Below are positions 20,428 through 32,200 of a stretch of DNA of 64,000 nucleotides, in pieces. The notes below the pieces were generated by a model, which ran no database searches, was not told the origin of the DNA, and worked only from the letters and a program-made list of their open reading frames with translations. Position 1 is the first letter of the stretch; every line of letters starts with the position of its first letter. Position numbers and translations under genes: made by a program. Origin of the DNA: an uncultured Poribacteria bacterium (GTDB lineage: Bacteria > Poribacteria > WGA-4E > WGA-3G). The stretch covers positions 832,001 through 896,000 of the forward strand of contig OX638351.1 in assembly GCA_951813565.1 (NCBI GenBank). Direction: 5' to 3'.

Positions 20428-21573
20428 ATGCACAATACTAAATTTTCTCAGAAATTACAGGACTATAAGACAGCAAAGGGACAAAAGGCACACGTGCCGC
20501 GTAACCATACTCCCTTGCTTTCATTCTTGCTCATCGTGGCGGTTATATTTTCGTTAACGTGTCCCAGTTATGCGACTACGAATGTGGGAACTGCGGGAGC
20601 ACAATTTCTTAAAATAGGACCCGGGGCACGGGTAGACAGCTTAGGCGGTGCCTTCGGCGCAATCGCTAACGATGTCACCACTATCTATTGGAATCCAGCG
20701 GGGTTAAGTCAACTTGAAAAGACAAGTTTTTCGGATACGCACACGATATGGCTTGCGGATGTTCGATACAACTATCTCGCATTCGCTACGCCGATAGAAA
20801 AGGTCGGCACATTGGGAGCGAGTGTTACTTTCCTCAATGTCCCAGACACAGAAATCACAACCCTTGCGAAACCGGATGGCACGGGGCTTTGGTATTCAGC
20901 ATGGGATACTGCGGTGTCGTTAGCGTATTCAAGGGAACTCTATCAGAAAGAATCGGGTGCTAATCTCTCATTTGGTATCAATGCCAAATATATCCATCAG
21001 CAGATTCACCGAGAAAGTGCAAGGGGCATGGCTATTGATATTGGCACTTTATACCACACAGGTTGGCGGAGTTTACGCATCGGCATGTCTTTCTCAAACT
21101 TTGGACCTGAGATGAGTTTTAGCGGTCCCGACCTTGAGACTGGTGTTGAAGAAGCAGGCGATGAACGAACAGCGGATTATCACCCATACCCAGATACGAC
21201 AAACCCAACGCGAAAAGCGGAGTTGGAAACTATAGAATATCCGCTGCCATCCAATTTCCGTCTCGGTGTCGCCTACGACTTAATTGATAATGAAAGCAAC
21301 CTTCTCACGATTGCGCTTGATGGCAACCATCCGAATGATAATAGCGAACGCCTAAACCTTGGCTTAGAATACTGGTACAGAAAGATGGCGGCAATTCGTG
21401 CGGGTTACAAATTCCGCTTAGGTCCAGATCGCAGCGATGATGAAGAGGGACTTACGCTCGGTTTAGGGATACACCTAAAGTTCCGACAAACGACGCTTTC
21501 TCTTGATTACGCATTTGCTGACTTTGGGTATCTGCAAAATGCACATCGTGTCAGTTTGGGATTAAATTTTTAG
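20428..21573 (+). CDS. PorV/PorQ (UPF0164)-family outer-membrane beta-barrel protein
   Basis: AQFLKIGPGAR...GGA, YWNPAGL, LDYA, HRVSLGLNF. Confidence 0.88.
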   Translation: MHNTKFSQKLQDYKTAKGQKAHVPRNHTPLLSFLLIVAVIFSLTCPSYATTNVGTAGAQFLKIGPGARVDSLGGAFGAIANDVTTIYWNPAGLSQLEKTSFSDTHTIWLADVRYNYLAFATPIEKVGTLGASVTFLNVPDTEITTLAKPDGTGLWYSAWDTAVSLAYSRELYQKESGANLSFGINAKYIHQQIHRESARGMAIDIGTLYHTGWRSLRIGMSFSNFGPEMSFSGPDLETGVEEAGDERTADYHPYPDTTNPTRKAELETIEYPLPSNFRLGVAYDLIDNESNLLTIALDGNHPNDNSERLNLGLEYWYRKMAAIRAGYKFRLGPDRSDDEEGLTLGLGIHLKFRQTTLSLDYAFADFGYLQNAHRVSLGLNF

Positions 21574-21613
21574 ACGTAACAACAGCAATATCTGTAAAAA
21601 CAGGAGAGATATA

Positions 21614-21826
21614 ATGAAAACCTGTCCCTTTACGGCAAGCATCTCCCAAGAAGGAAAATGGTTTGTGGTACAATGTTTAGAGGTAGATGTTGCAAGTCAA
21701 GGTAAAAGTGAAGACGAAGCAATTGACAACCTCAGAGAAGCGTTAGAACTTTATTTTGAGACACCTCATCCCACTGTGATGCCGAAACTTCGGAAATTTA
21801 AGGCTAACATTGGTAATATGGTGTAA
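21614..21826 (+). CDS. hicB: HicB-family antitoxin
   Basis: QCLEVDVASQGKSEDEAIDNLREALELY; paralog of 12183; no hicA. Confidence 0.85.
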   Translation: MKTCPFTASISQEGKWFVVQCLEVDVASQGKSEDEAIDNLREALELYFETPHPTVMPKLRKFKANIGNMV

Positions 21827-21896
21827 TTTAACAACATAATGGTTTAGCAAGAAGAACCATGCGATCTAACGAGTACCTAAAGAGGAGAAAGGATCA

Positions 21897-22057
21897 ATGG
21901 CAAACGAACGTCTAACAATTGAGGAAATGGATCAGGAAGACTCGTTGCGCATAGTAAATCGCGTAAGGAGATACGCGATATTTCAATGAACTACGCGGGA
22001 CGAATCGCAGTGCATTCTACACGCAAAACCCCAGAAGGTGTAGGGTACCTCTTGTAA
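21897..22057 (+). pseudogene. Internally deleted paralog of the small protein at 25011
   Basis: MANERLTIEEM, then a frame change to SGRLVAHSKSR...PEGVGYLL*; TAATG overlap with the next gene. Confidence 0.7.
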
Positions 22058-22453
22058 TGGCAAGAATATCATTTGATAGTACACGCCACCTAATTGCCCT
22101 TAGTCTTGAAGTCGGCGATAAATACTGATAATGTCCAAACTTTTTCTGTTGCTTTGGATACGGGTGCTTCAATTACAACTATTCCACCACAAGTTGCCAC
22201 AGATTTAGGATACGATCTTTCAAATCCAAAGCAAGAGGTTGATATTCTCGCAAGCAACGGCATTTTTACTGCAAAAATCATTACCGTGCGCAAATTAACC
22301 GCAATTGGTGAAACTGTTGAAGATATTGATGTTTTATGCCATGACTTACCTGAAGATTCAATAGTTGAAGGACTGTTAAGCTTGAATTTTCTTCAGCATT
22401 TTGATATTAATATCTCGTTTTCAACAGGGACTATTGAAATTTACTCCAAGTAA
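22057..22453 (+). pseudogene. Frameshifted retropepsin-like (clan AA) aspartyl protease
   Basis: MARISFDSTRHLIALSLEVG, frameshift near 22117, then LDTGASITTI...GLLSLNFL. Confidence 0.75.
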
Positions 22454-22475
22454 TTTGCTTCTGAAAACATCAAAC

Positions 22476-23933
22476 ATGGCGAATAAACCCAACATCGTTT
22501 ACCTCCTCACAGATCAAATTCGTGCGTGCTCATTGCCAGTATATGGCGAAAAACAGATTGAAACACCACACATTGACCGACTCGCACAAGAAGGCACCGT
22601 CTTTTCAAACGCAGTTGCCACCGCACCTGTCTGCACCCCCTATCGCTCCATGCTACTCACCGGACGACACCCACAGACAACCGGTCATCTCATCAATTTC
22701 GTTAGAACCCGACACGATGAAATCGGACTCGGTGATGTTTTTAGCCGAAACGGATATCGGACAGCGTGGGTCGGCAAATGGCATCTCCACACAGGTTCAT
22801 TCCCAGAAATCGGTGGACGCGATTATGTCCCCGAAGGACGCGACAGACTTGGATTCCAACACTGGCGGGGTTACAACTTTCACACCGACTATTTCAACGG
22901 CACTGTAAATCTTGACGGTTGGCGAAACGAAAGATGGAAAGGATATGAGACTGACGCGCTGAACCGATACGCCTTTCAATTTTTGGACGAAGCTCGCAAG
23001 CCAAAACTTGCTGTTAAAAGTATGGATGATATGGACGACAATACGCCATTTTGTCTGTTTATCTCTCCGCATCAAGCGCATTCCACACCGTACGACTTTG
23101 CACCGCAAAAATATTATAACCGCCTCCCCGAAAAACTCCAACTACCTGAAAACGTGCCAGAGAAGCAGCGAGAACAATCCTTAAAAATATACCGACACTA
23201 CCTCGCCATGACGTTAGCAGTAGACGATATGCTTGGGGATTTGATGGCTTACTTGGAAAAAACGGGACGTGTAGAAAATACACTACTCATTTTCGGATCA
23301 GACCACGGCACGCAGGGTGGCGCACAAGGCATCAATTTCTGGGCAAAGAAAAAACCTTATGAGGAATCAATCAAAGTGCCACTCATCATGCGGCTCCCCG
23401 GTGTCTTTGAAGACAATCGCACCTGTGACACGCTCACATCTCCCGTAGACCTATTTCCATCGCTCTGCGGTTTATGTGGAATTCAACCTCCTCGAACAGT
23501 GGAAGGCTATGATTTGTCCGCATCTTGGCGTGGTGAAACGGATGCATTTGAACAGGACGCTATCCTGACGATGAACTTCGGTGCAACCTACGATTATCTC
23601 GTTGATGGCGACGAATGGCGCGGTGTCCGTACAAAAACGCATAGCTACGCTCGGTGGCTTGACGGTCCACGTATGCTATATGACATAGAAACAGACCCGC
23701 TCCAAATGAACAATCTGATTGACGATCCCGAAGCAGAACCGTTAGCAGATGAAATGGAGAACACCCTTCAAAATCTGATGGACTCCCGAAATGACAAACT
23801 CCAACCTGCCACAAGCTACACGGATTGGTATGACGCACAACGCCGCATCGTCCGTAACGCCCACGGTCCCCTCGGTGACCCCGAAGACGAACCGGATTGG
23901 TCACTACTAAACAGATTTGACAGTCCCTACTAA
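22476..23933 (+). CDS. Sulfatase
   Basis: PNIV..LTDQ, CTPYRS..LTG formylglycine motif, GKWHL, SDHG. Confidence 0.95.
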   Translation: MANKPNIVYLLTDQIRACSLPVYGEKQIETPHIDRLAQEGTVFSNAVATAPVCTPYRSMLLTGRHPQTTGHLINFVRTRHDEIGLGDVFSRNGYRTAWVGKWHLHTGSFPEIGGRDYVPEGRDRLGFQHWRGYNFHTDYFNGTVNLDGWRNERWKGYETDALNRYAFQFLDEARKPKLAVKSMDDMDDNTPFCLFISPHQAHSTPYDFAPQKYYNRLPEKLQLPENVPEKQREQSLKIYRHYLAMTLAVDDMLGDLMAYLEKTGRVENTLLIFGSDHGTQGGAQGINFWAKKKPYEESIKVPLIMRLPGVFEDNRTCDTLTSPVDLFPSLCGLCGIQPPRTVEGYDLSASWRGETDAFEQDAILTMNFGATYDYLVDGDEWRGVRTKTHSYARWLDGPRMLYDIETDPLQMNNLIDDPEAEPLADEMENTLQNLMDSRNDKLQPATSYTDWYDAQRRIVRNAHGPLGDPEDEPDWSLLNRFDSPY

Positions 23934-23935
23934 AA

Positions 23936-24091
23936 TAACCTAAGTTGCTACGAACAAGATTTCAAGCTTGTAGACATTGCTTTTTACTGAAAAACAAGGA
24001 TTTCCAGCTAATTCTTATGCTTTCTTTTTTAAATCGGGGTTAGAAACCCCTCCTACAAGAGCATTCGCGATATAGGTAGCAACTTAGGTTA
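23936..24091. mobile_element. 156-bp MITE, copy 2
   Basis: Perfect 16-bp IRs TAACCTAAGTTGCTAC / GTAGCAACTTAGGTTA. Confidence 0.9.
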
Positions 24092-24226
24092 AAATAGGGT
24101 ATAATGCTATCAACTTTAGTGGATATGTCCTTGAAGGAAACGTAAAATTGACATATCAACGCCTCATTGGACTAATCCACATGTTGTTTTAGAAATATTT
24201 CAGACAAATTATATGGAGGGAATACC

Positions 24227-24982
24227 TTGACACTCACCAAGTTGAACGAAAACACGGCAGCCATGAAAAAAATACGTTCTGCCCCGACAGTCGTCTATCC
24301 CTCTTCAGACGGTGAACCCATGGCAGAAACAGAAAGACATCGGAGAGCATTGGAAGACCTTGTAGATATGGTGGATAGGCATTTTCGAGACGTACCGGAC
24401 GTACATGTGTCTGGAAATCTGCTCCTCTACTATGAGGAGGGCGATCCTCATAAAGTTATTTCTCCAGATGTGTTCATGGTGCGCGGTGTCTCAAAAAAAG
24501 AGCTCCGAACCTATAAAACGTGGGAACAGTCCCCTACACTTGATTTTGTGATAGAACTCGCAAGTCCCAGCACTTTTACAAGGGATTTCAAAGAAAAGAA
24601 GGAGATTTACGCGAAGATCCTGCAAGTCCAAGAGTATTATATCTATGATCCATATCATGAAATAGAGCCGTCTTTCGTCGGTTTCCGGCTGATTGATGGA
24701 GAATATGAGGAGATAGCGTTCATAGATGGCCGGCTGCCATCTGAGGTCCTCGGTTTAGAGTTAGGTGAGCGAGAGGGTGCTCTGCGGCTGTATAACCCTA
24801 ACACGCGAACGTGGTTAGAACCTTCTCGGGACCGAGCTGCCAAGGCAGAAACCCGCGCGCAAGATGCAGAAACCCGCGCGTTGGAGGCTGAAAGGTTGGC
24901 ACAAGAAGAAGCGCAAGCACGGCAAAACGTTGAAGCCGAACTTGCAAAAGCACAGGAAGTTCTCAAACGCCTACAACAGTAG
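24227..24982 (+). CDS. Uma2-family endonuclease with coiled-coil tail
   Basis: YPSSDGEPMAET, SPDVF, VIELASPST, EYYIYDP; AETRA repeats. Confidence 0.92.
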   Translation: MTLTKLNENTAAMKKIRSAPTVVYPSSDGEPMAETERHRRALEDLVDMVDRHFRDVPDVHVSGNLLLYYEEGDPHKVISPDVFMVRGVSKKELRTYKTWEQSPTLDFVIELASPSTFTRDFKEKKEIYAKILQVQEYYIYDPYHEIEPSFVGFRLIDGEYEEIAFIDGRLPSEVLGLELGEREGALRLYNPNTRTWLEPSRDRAAKAETRAQDAETRALEAERLAQEEAQARQNVEAELAKAQEVLKRLQQ

Positions 24983-25010
24983 AAACGCGTTTGAAAAGGT
25001 GTAAACATAA

Positions 25011-25238
25011 ATGTCTAACGAACGCCTTACACTTGAAGAAATGGAACAGAAATATCCTGACGAATGGTTGTTCATCGTTGATTGCGAACACAGTGAAAAT
25101 ACTGAACTGTTGTCAGGGGTTGTTGCCGCTCATAGTGAATCCAGAGACGATATTTATGAAGTCTCTGGCCACTATAAAGGCGGTGCAGCGATACATTTTA
25201 CAGGTAAACTTCCAAAAGGTTTCGAATATTTATTATAA
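25011..25238 (+). CDS. Small acidic protein coupled to aspartyl protease
   Basis: EEM..KYPDEWLFI...GVVAAHS; TAATG overlap with the protease start. Confidence 0.75.
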   Translation: MSNERLTLEEMEQKYPDEWLFIVDCEHSENTELLSGVVAAHSESRDDIYEVSGHYKGGAAIHFTGKLPKGFEYLL

Positions 25239-25636
25239 TGGGACGCATTTCCTTTAATCCGAGAGATAGGTCAATTATCCTTCGCCTGACGGTAGGTGGT
25301 ATAAATGGGAATACCTTCAGGGATCTGCTTGCAGTTTTAGATACGGGTGCCTCAATTACCTCAATTCCAACAAAGATTGCTTTGGATTTGGGATATAACC
25401 TCTCAAACCCCGAAAGAGAAGTCGAAATTGTCACAGGCAGCGGTATTGAATCAAGGAAACTTATCACCTTGAGTAAATTGACAGCGATTGGGGAAACGCT
25501 TGAAGACATCAATGTTATATGTCATGACTTACCCGCGAAATCAGGAGTAGCAGGTCTATTAGGCTTAAATTTATTGTCGCATTTTGATGTCAACATTTCA
25601 TTCTCAACAGGAATTATTGAACTTCATCCGCACTAA
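25238..25636 (+). CDS. Retropepsin-like (clan AA) aspartyl protease
   Basis: LDTGASITSI catalytic motif and GLLGLNLL; 132 aa. Confidence 0.9.
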   Translation: MGRISFNPRDRSIILRLTVGGINGNTFRDLLAVLDTGASITSIPTKIALDLGYNLSNPEREVEIVTGSGIESRKLITLSKLTAIGETLEDINVICHDLPAKSGVAGLLGLNLLSHFDVNISFSTGIIELHPH

Positions 25637-26072
25637 TACCAAATTACCCAAAATCGTAGGGGCGGGTCTCTGTGCCCGCCCTTACCATCGGCAGTTAAAA
25701 CAATACAATTCTCGTTAATTTGGTATAACACGTTTCACAGATGGTTCCTCATAATAGCACCAAGTGTCACTGAAACTGGATCTCTCCAACCTTAACTTAT
25801 AGACATTCAGTGTGCCTAACTCTTCTATAAAGAGTGACCTTCCGGTCGCGACATCTCCTTAATACGCGCAATCTGAGTAATCCGTGTAAATCCGAGATTC
25901 AGACAGAAAAATGTTGAAAAGATAAATTGAATCTCTGGTAGCCGCTTTAACCCTAACTCTTGACAAATATTTACACATCGTCTCTGAAAATCCTTTGCTT
26001 AAAACCTTTCCTCATGCTACAATAAATATCCGAATCAACTAACACAAACGGAGCAAATAACAAAAAACAGAT

Positions 26073-29000
26073 ATGACCTTACAAGAAATAATATTAGCAT
26101 TAGAAAAATTTTGGGCAGATCACGGATGTATCATTCAACAACCATGCGATATAGAAGTCGGTGCAGGCACATTTAACTCCGCCACATTTTTACGATGCCT
26201 CGGTCCCGAACCGTGGCAGGTTGCTTATGTAGAACCTGTCCGGCGACCCACCGACGGCAGATACGCAGAAAACCCTTTCCGTCTTGGTGCATACTACCAA
26301 TATCAAGTAATACTGAAACCAGCACCTGAGAATGTGCTGCCACTCTATCTTGAAAGCCTCTACCATCTCAGCATCTCTCCCCGTAAAAACGATATACGCT
26401 TTGTAGAAGACGACTGGGAATCACCGACACTCGGTGCCTCAGGACTCGGTTGGGAAGTTTGGTGGAACGGCGCGGAAGTTACACAGTTCACCTACTTTCA
26501 ACAGATGGGAAGCATTGATCTCGATCCGATTTGCGCTGAAATTACCTACGGACTCGAACGGATTGCACTTTATTTGCAGGATGTTGACACCTTCTTTGAC
26601 ATCCGCTGGAACGAACACCTTAATTATGGGGATGTCCACCACCAAAGCGAGGTAGAATACTCAACCTACAACTTTGAACACGCAAACGTGGATATGCTTT
26701 TTGACCTGTTTAGCACCTACGAGAAGGAAACGCACGCGTGTTTAGATGCAGGGTTAGTTCTCCCCGCAACCGACCATGTTTTGAGATGCTCACATACCTT
26801 CAACATGCTGGATGCGCGCGGCGTTATTAGCGTAACGGAACGGGTGAGTTACATTGAACGTGTGCGGCGGCTTGCACAACGTATCGCACGCGCTTACGTC
26901 ACACAACGCGAAGAGATGGGACACCCACTACTTGGACGTTTCAGGACAGAATCAGCTTCCTCTACGGTAGATGCGGTTTCTAACCACATCGAAACTGCTG
27001 TAAGTGAGACTTCTAACCACACGGAAACCGCTGAACTTCTCTTTGAAATCGGGACGGAAGAGATACCCGCAAGCTATGTGCCGCCTGCCCTTGAACAACT
27101 CAGCAAAATCGCGACCGATTCCCTCACGGAACATAGAATTCCGTTTGGTGAAATTCAAACGTTTGGCACACCACGGCGTATCACGCTCGCTATCAAGGAT
27201 GTCCAAATGTTACAAGAAAGTCAAGAAACAGAAGTTGTAGGGCCTCCCAAAAGTATCGCTTACGATGAAAACGGCGAACCGACAAAGGCAGCTATCGGTT
27301 TCGCAAAATCACAGGGCGTTGAAATTTCTGATCTCCGCATCGTTGAAACAGAACGTGGAGAATATATCGCCGCATCCAAACTTGAAAAGGGAATATCAAC
27401 GCACGAACTGTTAGAAACGCTCCTACCCGAATGGATTGAAGCACTCCGCTTTCCTAAAACGATGCGTTGGGAAACAAACTCTGAAGAACCGCGCGCATTT
27501 GCCCGCTTTGCCCGTCCTATCCGATGGCTTGTCGCACTGCTTGGCGATGTAGTTGTCAACTGTGCTTACGGTGCAGCAGACGCAGCACGTATAACGTATG
27601 GACACCGTTCTTTACATCCCGACTCAATAACGTTGGCATCGGCGGACTTAGATACTTACATCCAGCAATTGCACAATGCTGGTGTCATTGTCTGCCCGAA
27701 GGAACGGCGGGATACCATAGAAAAACAGGTGCGAACCGTTTTTGAAACCGAAGCGTGTCTGCCTAAGTTAGATGAGGAATTGTTGGATACGGTCAACTAT
27801 CTCGTAGAAAATCCGCAACCGATTGTCGGTAATTTTAGCGAGTCGCATTTGGAAATACCCACTGAAGTACTGATTACTGCAATGAAAAAGCATCAACGTT
27901 ATTTTCCGATGTGGAAAAGCGAAACCGAACTTGCTGCAAAATTCATTACGATTTCTAATGGCACAGATGGCAATATTGATGGTGTTCGGCACGGAAATGA
28001 ACGTGTCCTGCACGCACGACTCAATGATGCAGAATTCTTCTACAGTGAGGATCAGAAGACCAATCTCGCCGATAAAGTTGAACGTTTAGGTGCAGTCGTC
28101 TTTCACGCCAAACTCGGTTCGCTCTTAGATAAGGCGGAACGGCTAAAGGTATTGGTTAAATTCATCAGCACAGAATTGAAGTTAGCAGAAACGATTTCCC
28201 ATCACGCTGAACGTGCAGCATGGCTCTGTAAGGCAGATTTAACCACACACATGGTCATTGAATTCCCATCACTGCAAGGGATTACGGGTAGGTATTACGC
28301 CAAAAACTCTGATGAACCTGAAGCCGTTGCTACTGCTGTTGCTGAGCATTATCAACCGCTTGGTGCAGATACACCATTGCCCGCAACCGAAGCCGGAGCA
28401 ATCCTTGCCATCGCTGACAAACTCGACACCATCGTTGGATACTTCGGTATAGAGGAACGTCCCACAGGTTCACAAGACCCATACTCTCTACGACGACATG
28501 CCCTCGGTATAATCCGCATTTTGCAAGATCGGCAATTACCACTCAATCTAAATCATGTTGTCCACAAAGCAATCCATGAATACGATGTGGAATTGGTTGA
28601 TGGGACAAGATTAAGCGTACTTGATTTCATAAGAGAACGTATGCGTGGTATCTTGCAAACAAAGGAATACACCCCCGACCTTGCTGATGCTGTCTTGGCA
28701 GTCGGTGATGTTGACATTGTGGATATTCTCAAACGCGCCAGCGCACTCGCCGAATTTCGCTTGACACCCAATTTTGAGACAGTATATAATGCACTCAATC
28801 GGGTACTTAGAATTTTACCCGATGATGAGTCAGTTGAAGAAACAGCCAATGTTTTTGATCGACTACAAAACATTCTATCCGGAAATGTCCCAGGTATTAT
28901 TGACCCATCACTACTTCAAGTTGATGCGGAAAAAGAATTATATACTTGTATCAACGATACGGCACCTGACATTGAGGAAAACATTCAGGAACGCGCGTAT

Positions 29001-29180
29001 TCAAAACTATTGCATCAGTTAGCAGAGTTACAACCTTATATAGATAAGTTTTTTGATGATGTACTTGTAATGGCAGAAGATACTGCCCTACGCAGAAATA
29101 GATTAGCACTATTAAGCCGTATAGCGAAACCTATCTATGCTGTAGCCGATCTCACGAAATTGGTAATTGCAGGAGAATAG
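26073..29180 (+). CDS. glyQS: Glycine--tRNA ligase, fused alpha and beta subunits
   Basis: Alpha motifs ([21 protein letters not shown]) continuous with beta motifs ([37 protein letters not shown]). Confidence 0.96.
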   Translation: MTLQEIILALEKFWADHGCIIQQPCDIEVGAGTFNSATFLRCLGPEPWQVAYVEPVRRPTDGRYAENPFRLGAYYQYQVILKPAPENVLPLYLESLYHLSISPRKNDIRFVEDDWESPTLGASGLGWEVWWNGAEVTQFTYFQQMGSIDLDPICAEITYGLERIALYLQDVDTFFDIRWNEHLNYGDVHHQSEVEYSTYNFEHANVDMLFDLFSTYEKETHACLDAGLVLPATDHVLRCSHTFNMLDARGVISVTERVSYIERVRRLAQRIARAYVTQREEMGHPLLGRFRTESASSTVDAVSNHIETAVSETSNHTETAELLFEIGTEEIPASYVPPALEQLSKIATDSLTEHRIPFGEIQTFGTPRRITLAIKDVQMLQESQETEVVGPPKSIAYDENGEPTKAAIGFAKSQGVEISDLRIVETERGEYIAASKLEKGISTHELLETLLPEWIEALRFPKTMRWETNSEEPRAFARFARPIRWLVALLGDVVVNCAYGAADAARITYGHRSLHPDSITLASADLDTYIQQLHNAGVIVCPKERRDTIEKQVRTVFETEACLPKLDEELLDTVNYLVENPQPIVGNFSESHLEIPTEVLITAMKKHQRYFPMWKSETELAAKFITISNGTDGNIDGVRHGNERVLHARLNDAEFFYSEDQKTNLADKVERLGAVVFHAKLGSLLDKAERLKVLVKFISTELKLAETISHHAERAAWLCKADLTTHMVIEFPSLQGITGRYYAKNSDEPEAVATAVAEHYQPLGADTPLPATEAGAILAIADKLDTIVGYFGIEERPTGSQDPYSLRRHALGIIRILQDRQLPLNLNHVVHKAIHEYDVELVDGTRLSVLDFIRERMRGILQTKEYTPDLADAVLAVGDVDIVDILKRASALAEFRLTPNFETVYNALNRVLRILPDDESVEETANVFDRLQNILSGNVPGIIDPSLLQVDAEKELYTCINDTAPDIEENIQERAYSKLLHQLAELQPYIDKFFDDVLVMAEDTALRRNRLALLSRIAKPIYAVADLTKLVIAGE

Positions 29181-29211
29181 ACACAATTTTATGTTAATAA
29201 GGCAATATTCT

Positions 29212-32200
29212 ATGAAACAATATTCTATTATCTGTATTCATCTCATTTTCAGCCTTGTGTTTTTCATCGGGTGTGGTGAAAAGGAAGACAAATCTATTCT
29301 CTCAGCACGGAAAGCAATCGTTCAAGGAGATTATGCAGGAGCAGAGGCTGCTGTTCAAAAATCGCGCGCCAACGATTCAGAGAACCAGGAAGCAGTCCAT
29401 CTTAGCCGTTTCCTGCAGTTGCGAAACAGCGCAGATACGAACAGTTGGGACCAAGGCATCTCACAAGCGTTGACACATCTTGAAACATTGAATGCCAGTA
29501 TTGATGCAATTTCAATACTTGAGGACCCGGATTCAGACGAACTTGACCAACAGGAACGTTTTATCCGGTCACGGAATTCTATTTCAGGATTGCTCGCCAC
29601 CGCACTCGCCACTGCAGTTGAAAAACAACCCGGTTTGCTATCGGACTTAGCAAAGAGGTCGGATGCCGTTGTTGTTACAGGGCTATTAGAGGCGAAGAAA
29701 TGTTATCAACCTGCTGTCATCCAATCGGTTGAACAACTTTTACAACAACTACGCAATCAAACAGAAGGTGTAAGTTCTGATTTCACTATCTTGCTAAAAA
29801 ACGCTACCCAACACCAAGACCCACAGATAAGGAAAGCAGCGCTCCGTGAATTAGGCACGCTACAAAGCAGTGAATTCATTCCAACATACAAATTAATTCT
29901 CACCAAAACGGACGAAGTGCCGGAAGTGGCTTATAGCGCTATTGTTGCTGTGGGTGCACTCTGCAAACCCGAATTTCAACCAAATTCCGAAATTGTCTCA
30001 ATTCTTCAACTTGCTACAAGAAACAACAGCGCGCAAGTCCGAATGCACGCAGCGAAACTTCTCGGTAAACTTCAAGCAGAAGCAGCTATTGACGACTTGG
30101 TCAAGTTATTAGCAGATTCCAACACTTATGTCAAAGACACGGCTATAGATGCGCTTAACAGGATTGGAATGTCAACAGTCGAAACGCTTTTGGCTGTTCT
30201 TGAAACGGGTGCAAGCAACATCATTCCGGACATAGATGACGGCTTTTCTGAGCAATATCAATATATTGCAAGCGCGTATATTGATGATTCTTGGATGAAA
30301 AAATATCGCTTGAGGGCACAATCTGCAGCAATTGATACTTTGGGAAGACTCAGGGCGGAAGCGGCAGTTGTGCCTCTAATTCAGCTTTTGGCGAATGAGG
30401 ATTTAAAGGGAGCAGCAAGCGCTGCCTTAATTTCAATGCGAGGCGTCGCGATACCGGCACTTATAGACGCACTCCAAACAGGTGGATACCATGTGCAGTT
30501 AGAATCTGCAAATGTACTGAGTAGCATAGGCGATCGGCGCGCTGTCCAACCGTTTATTGACGTCCTAACGGGGGATGTTAACAAAGAGGTGAAAGCTATC
30601 GCTGCAAAAGGACTTGGAAACATGCGAGCACGTGGTCCCAATAACGCAGCTGTTATCGCACTTACCACGGCACTTGAACTTGACGATACGACAGTTACAC
30701 AAGCAGCAGAAGCTCTTGGCAAAATTAATGTTTCCTCTGAAGAAGCAATACGGAAATTGATTGCGATTTCAATGGATAAACTACGTAGAGAGACGGTTCG
30801 GTCTGCTGCTATCAACGCGTTGTGGCAGTTGAAACCTAAAAATGCTACCCAACCGATGCTTTTACTCATGCTGAGTGATGAAACGAGTGCTGTTATACGC
30901 GCAAACGCTGTAAAGGTGCTTAGCCGCATTAAAGACACAGAAACGCTCCCCGCACTTTTTTGGGTTTTGTCAATGCAGTATGACGAAATATCCGATTTTC
31001 AGCGCCACATGAAACGGAAGTATAAAACACTTGACGCACTGAGAACCCATCTTGACACGCTGAATATCGAATGGACAGCAGATTATCCGCGTTCTAATTA
31101 TCGAATTTGGGGTGAACTTAAGCCTATTCCCAGCCTTGTCCGGAGTGAAGTCGCACGGGCACTCGGTATTTTCAAGGGCGACCCCGTCGTTGAACCACTT
31201 GTTAATGCCTTAGCAGACGATCAACGGGCAACGGTGCGGCGCAGTGCCGCATGGGCACTCGGCAGAGTCGGGGGTGACAACGCTATTGACACACTGATTA
31301 CCGCCCTAAAAAAGGATAAACAGGGGGTAGTGCGCCAAGAAGCTGCGATTGCTTTAGGCACAATTAAATCACAGAAAAGTGTTGAACCTTTGCTTGATAT
31401 AATCAAAACGGATAAGTATGAAACCGCACGTCTTGAGGCAACGAAAGCACTTAGGGAAATAAGTCCTGCTCTGGCTGATAAAGGTCTTGTAGATATTGTT
31501 AAAAAAGGACGCGGCAGTTTTGAGGACGGTCATGAAGTTCAATCCGTTCAAAATGAGGTTATCGGCGCACTTGTGAAAGATGGAAATGAAACCACAACCG
31601 ATTTGCTACTTGACGCGCTCAAGTCTGCTGATGATGAATGGACTCGCTGGGCAATCGTCTATATGCTTGGTGTCATTCATAAGGCTTCAGCGTTAGACAC
31701 GATGCTTGCCGAGTTGAAAAATCCGAGTTATGTTATTCGTAAAGAGGTTGTTACTCGACTCGGTGGTTTTAAAGACCGAAAGACAGTAGAACCCTTAATC
31801 GCAATCCTTGAAAACCGGGAAGAAGCAGTATCTATCCGTGCAGCAGTAGCTGCCTCGTTAAATGCGCTTCGCGACGAACGCGCAGCACCCGCACTCCGCG
31901 AAGCACTCAATGATGAAAACAGTGCTGTGCGGTTACAAGCAGTCGCTGCTTTAGGAAGTATAAAAGATGCAAAAGCTGTCTCTAAACTGAGCGAAATGGT
32001 TGAAAATCAGTTAGAAACGGATGTTATCCGTGCTGCGGCTGTCACCGCACTCGGCAACATCGGTGATACGGCTTCAGAAGACCTCTTTATCCGTGCCCTT
32101 GACATCCGAATCGGTAATATCTCTAATAATGCAATCACAGCACTCGGAAAATTAAAAAGCACAAAAGCTGTTCCTCGCCTTATCGCAATCTTGGAGGATA

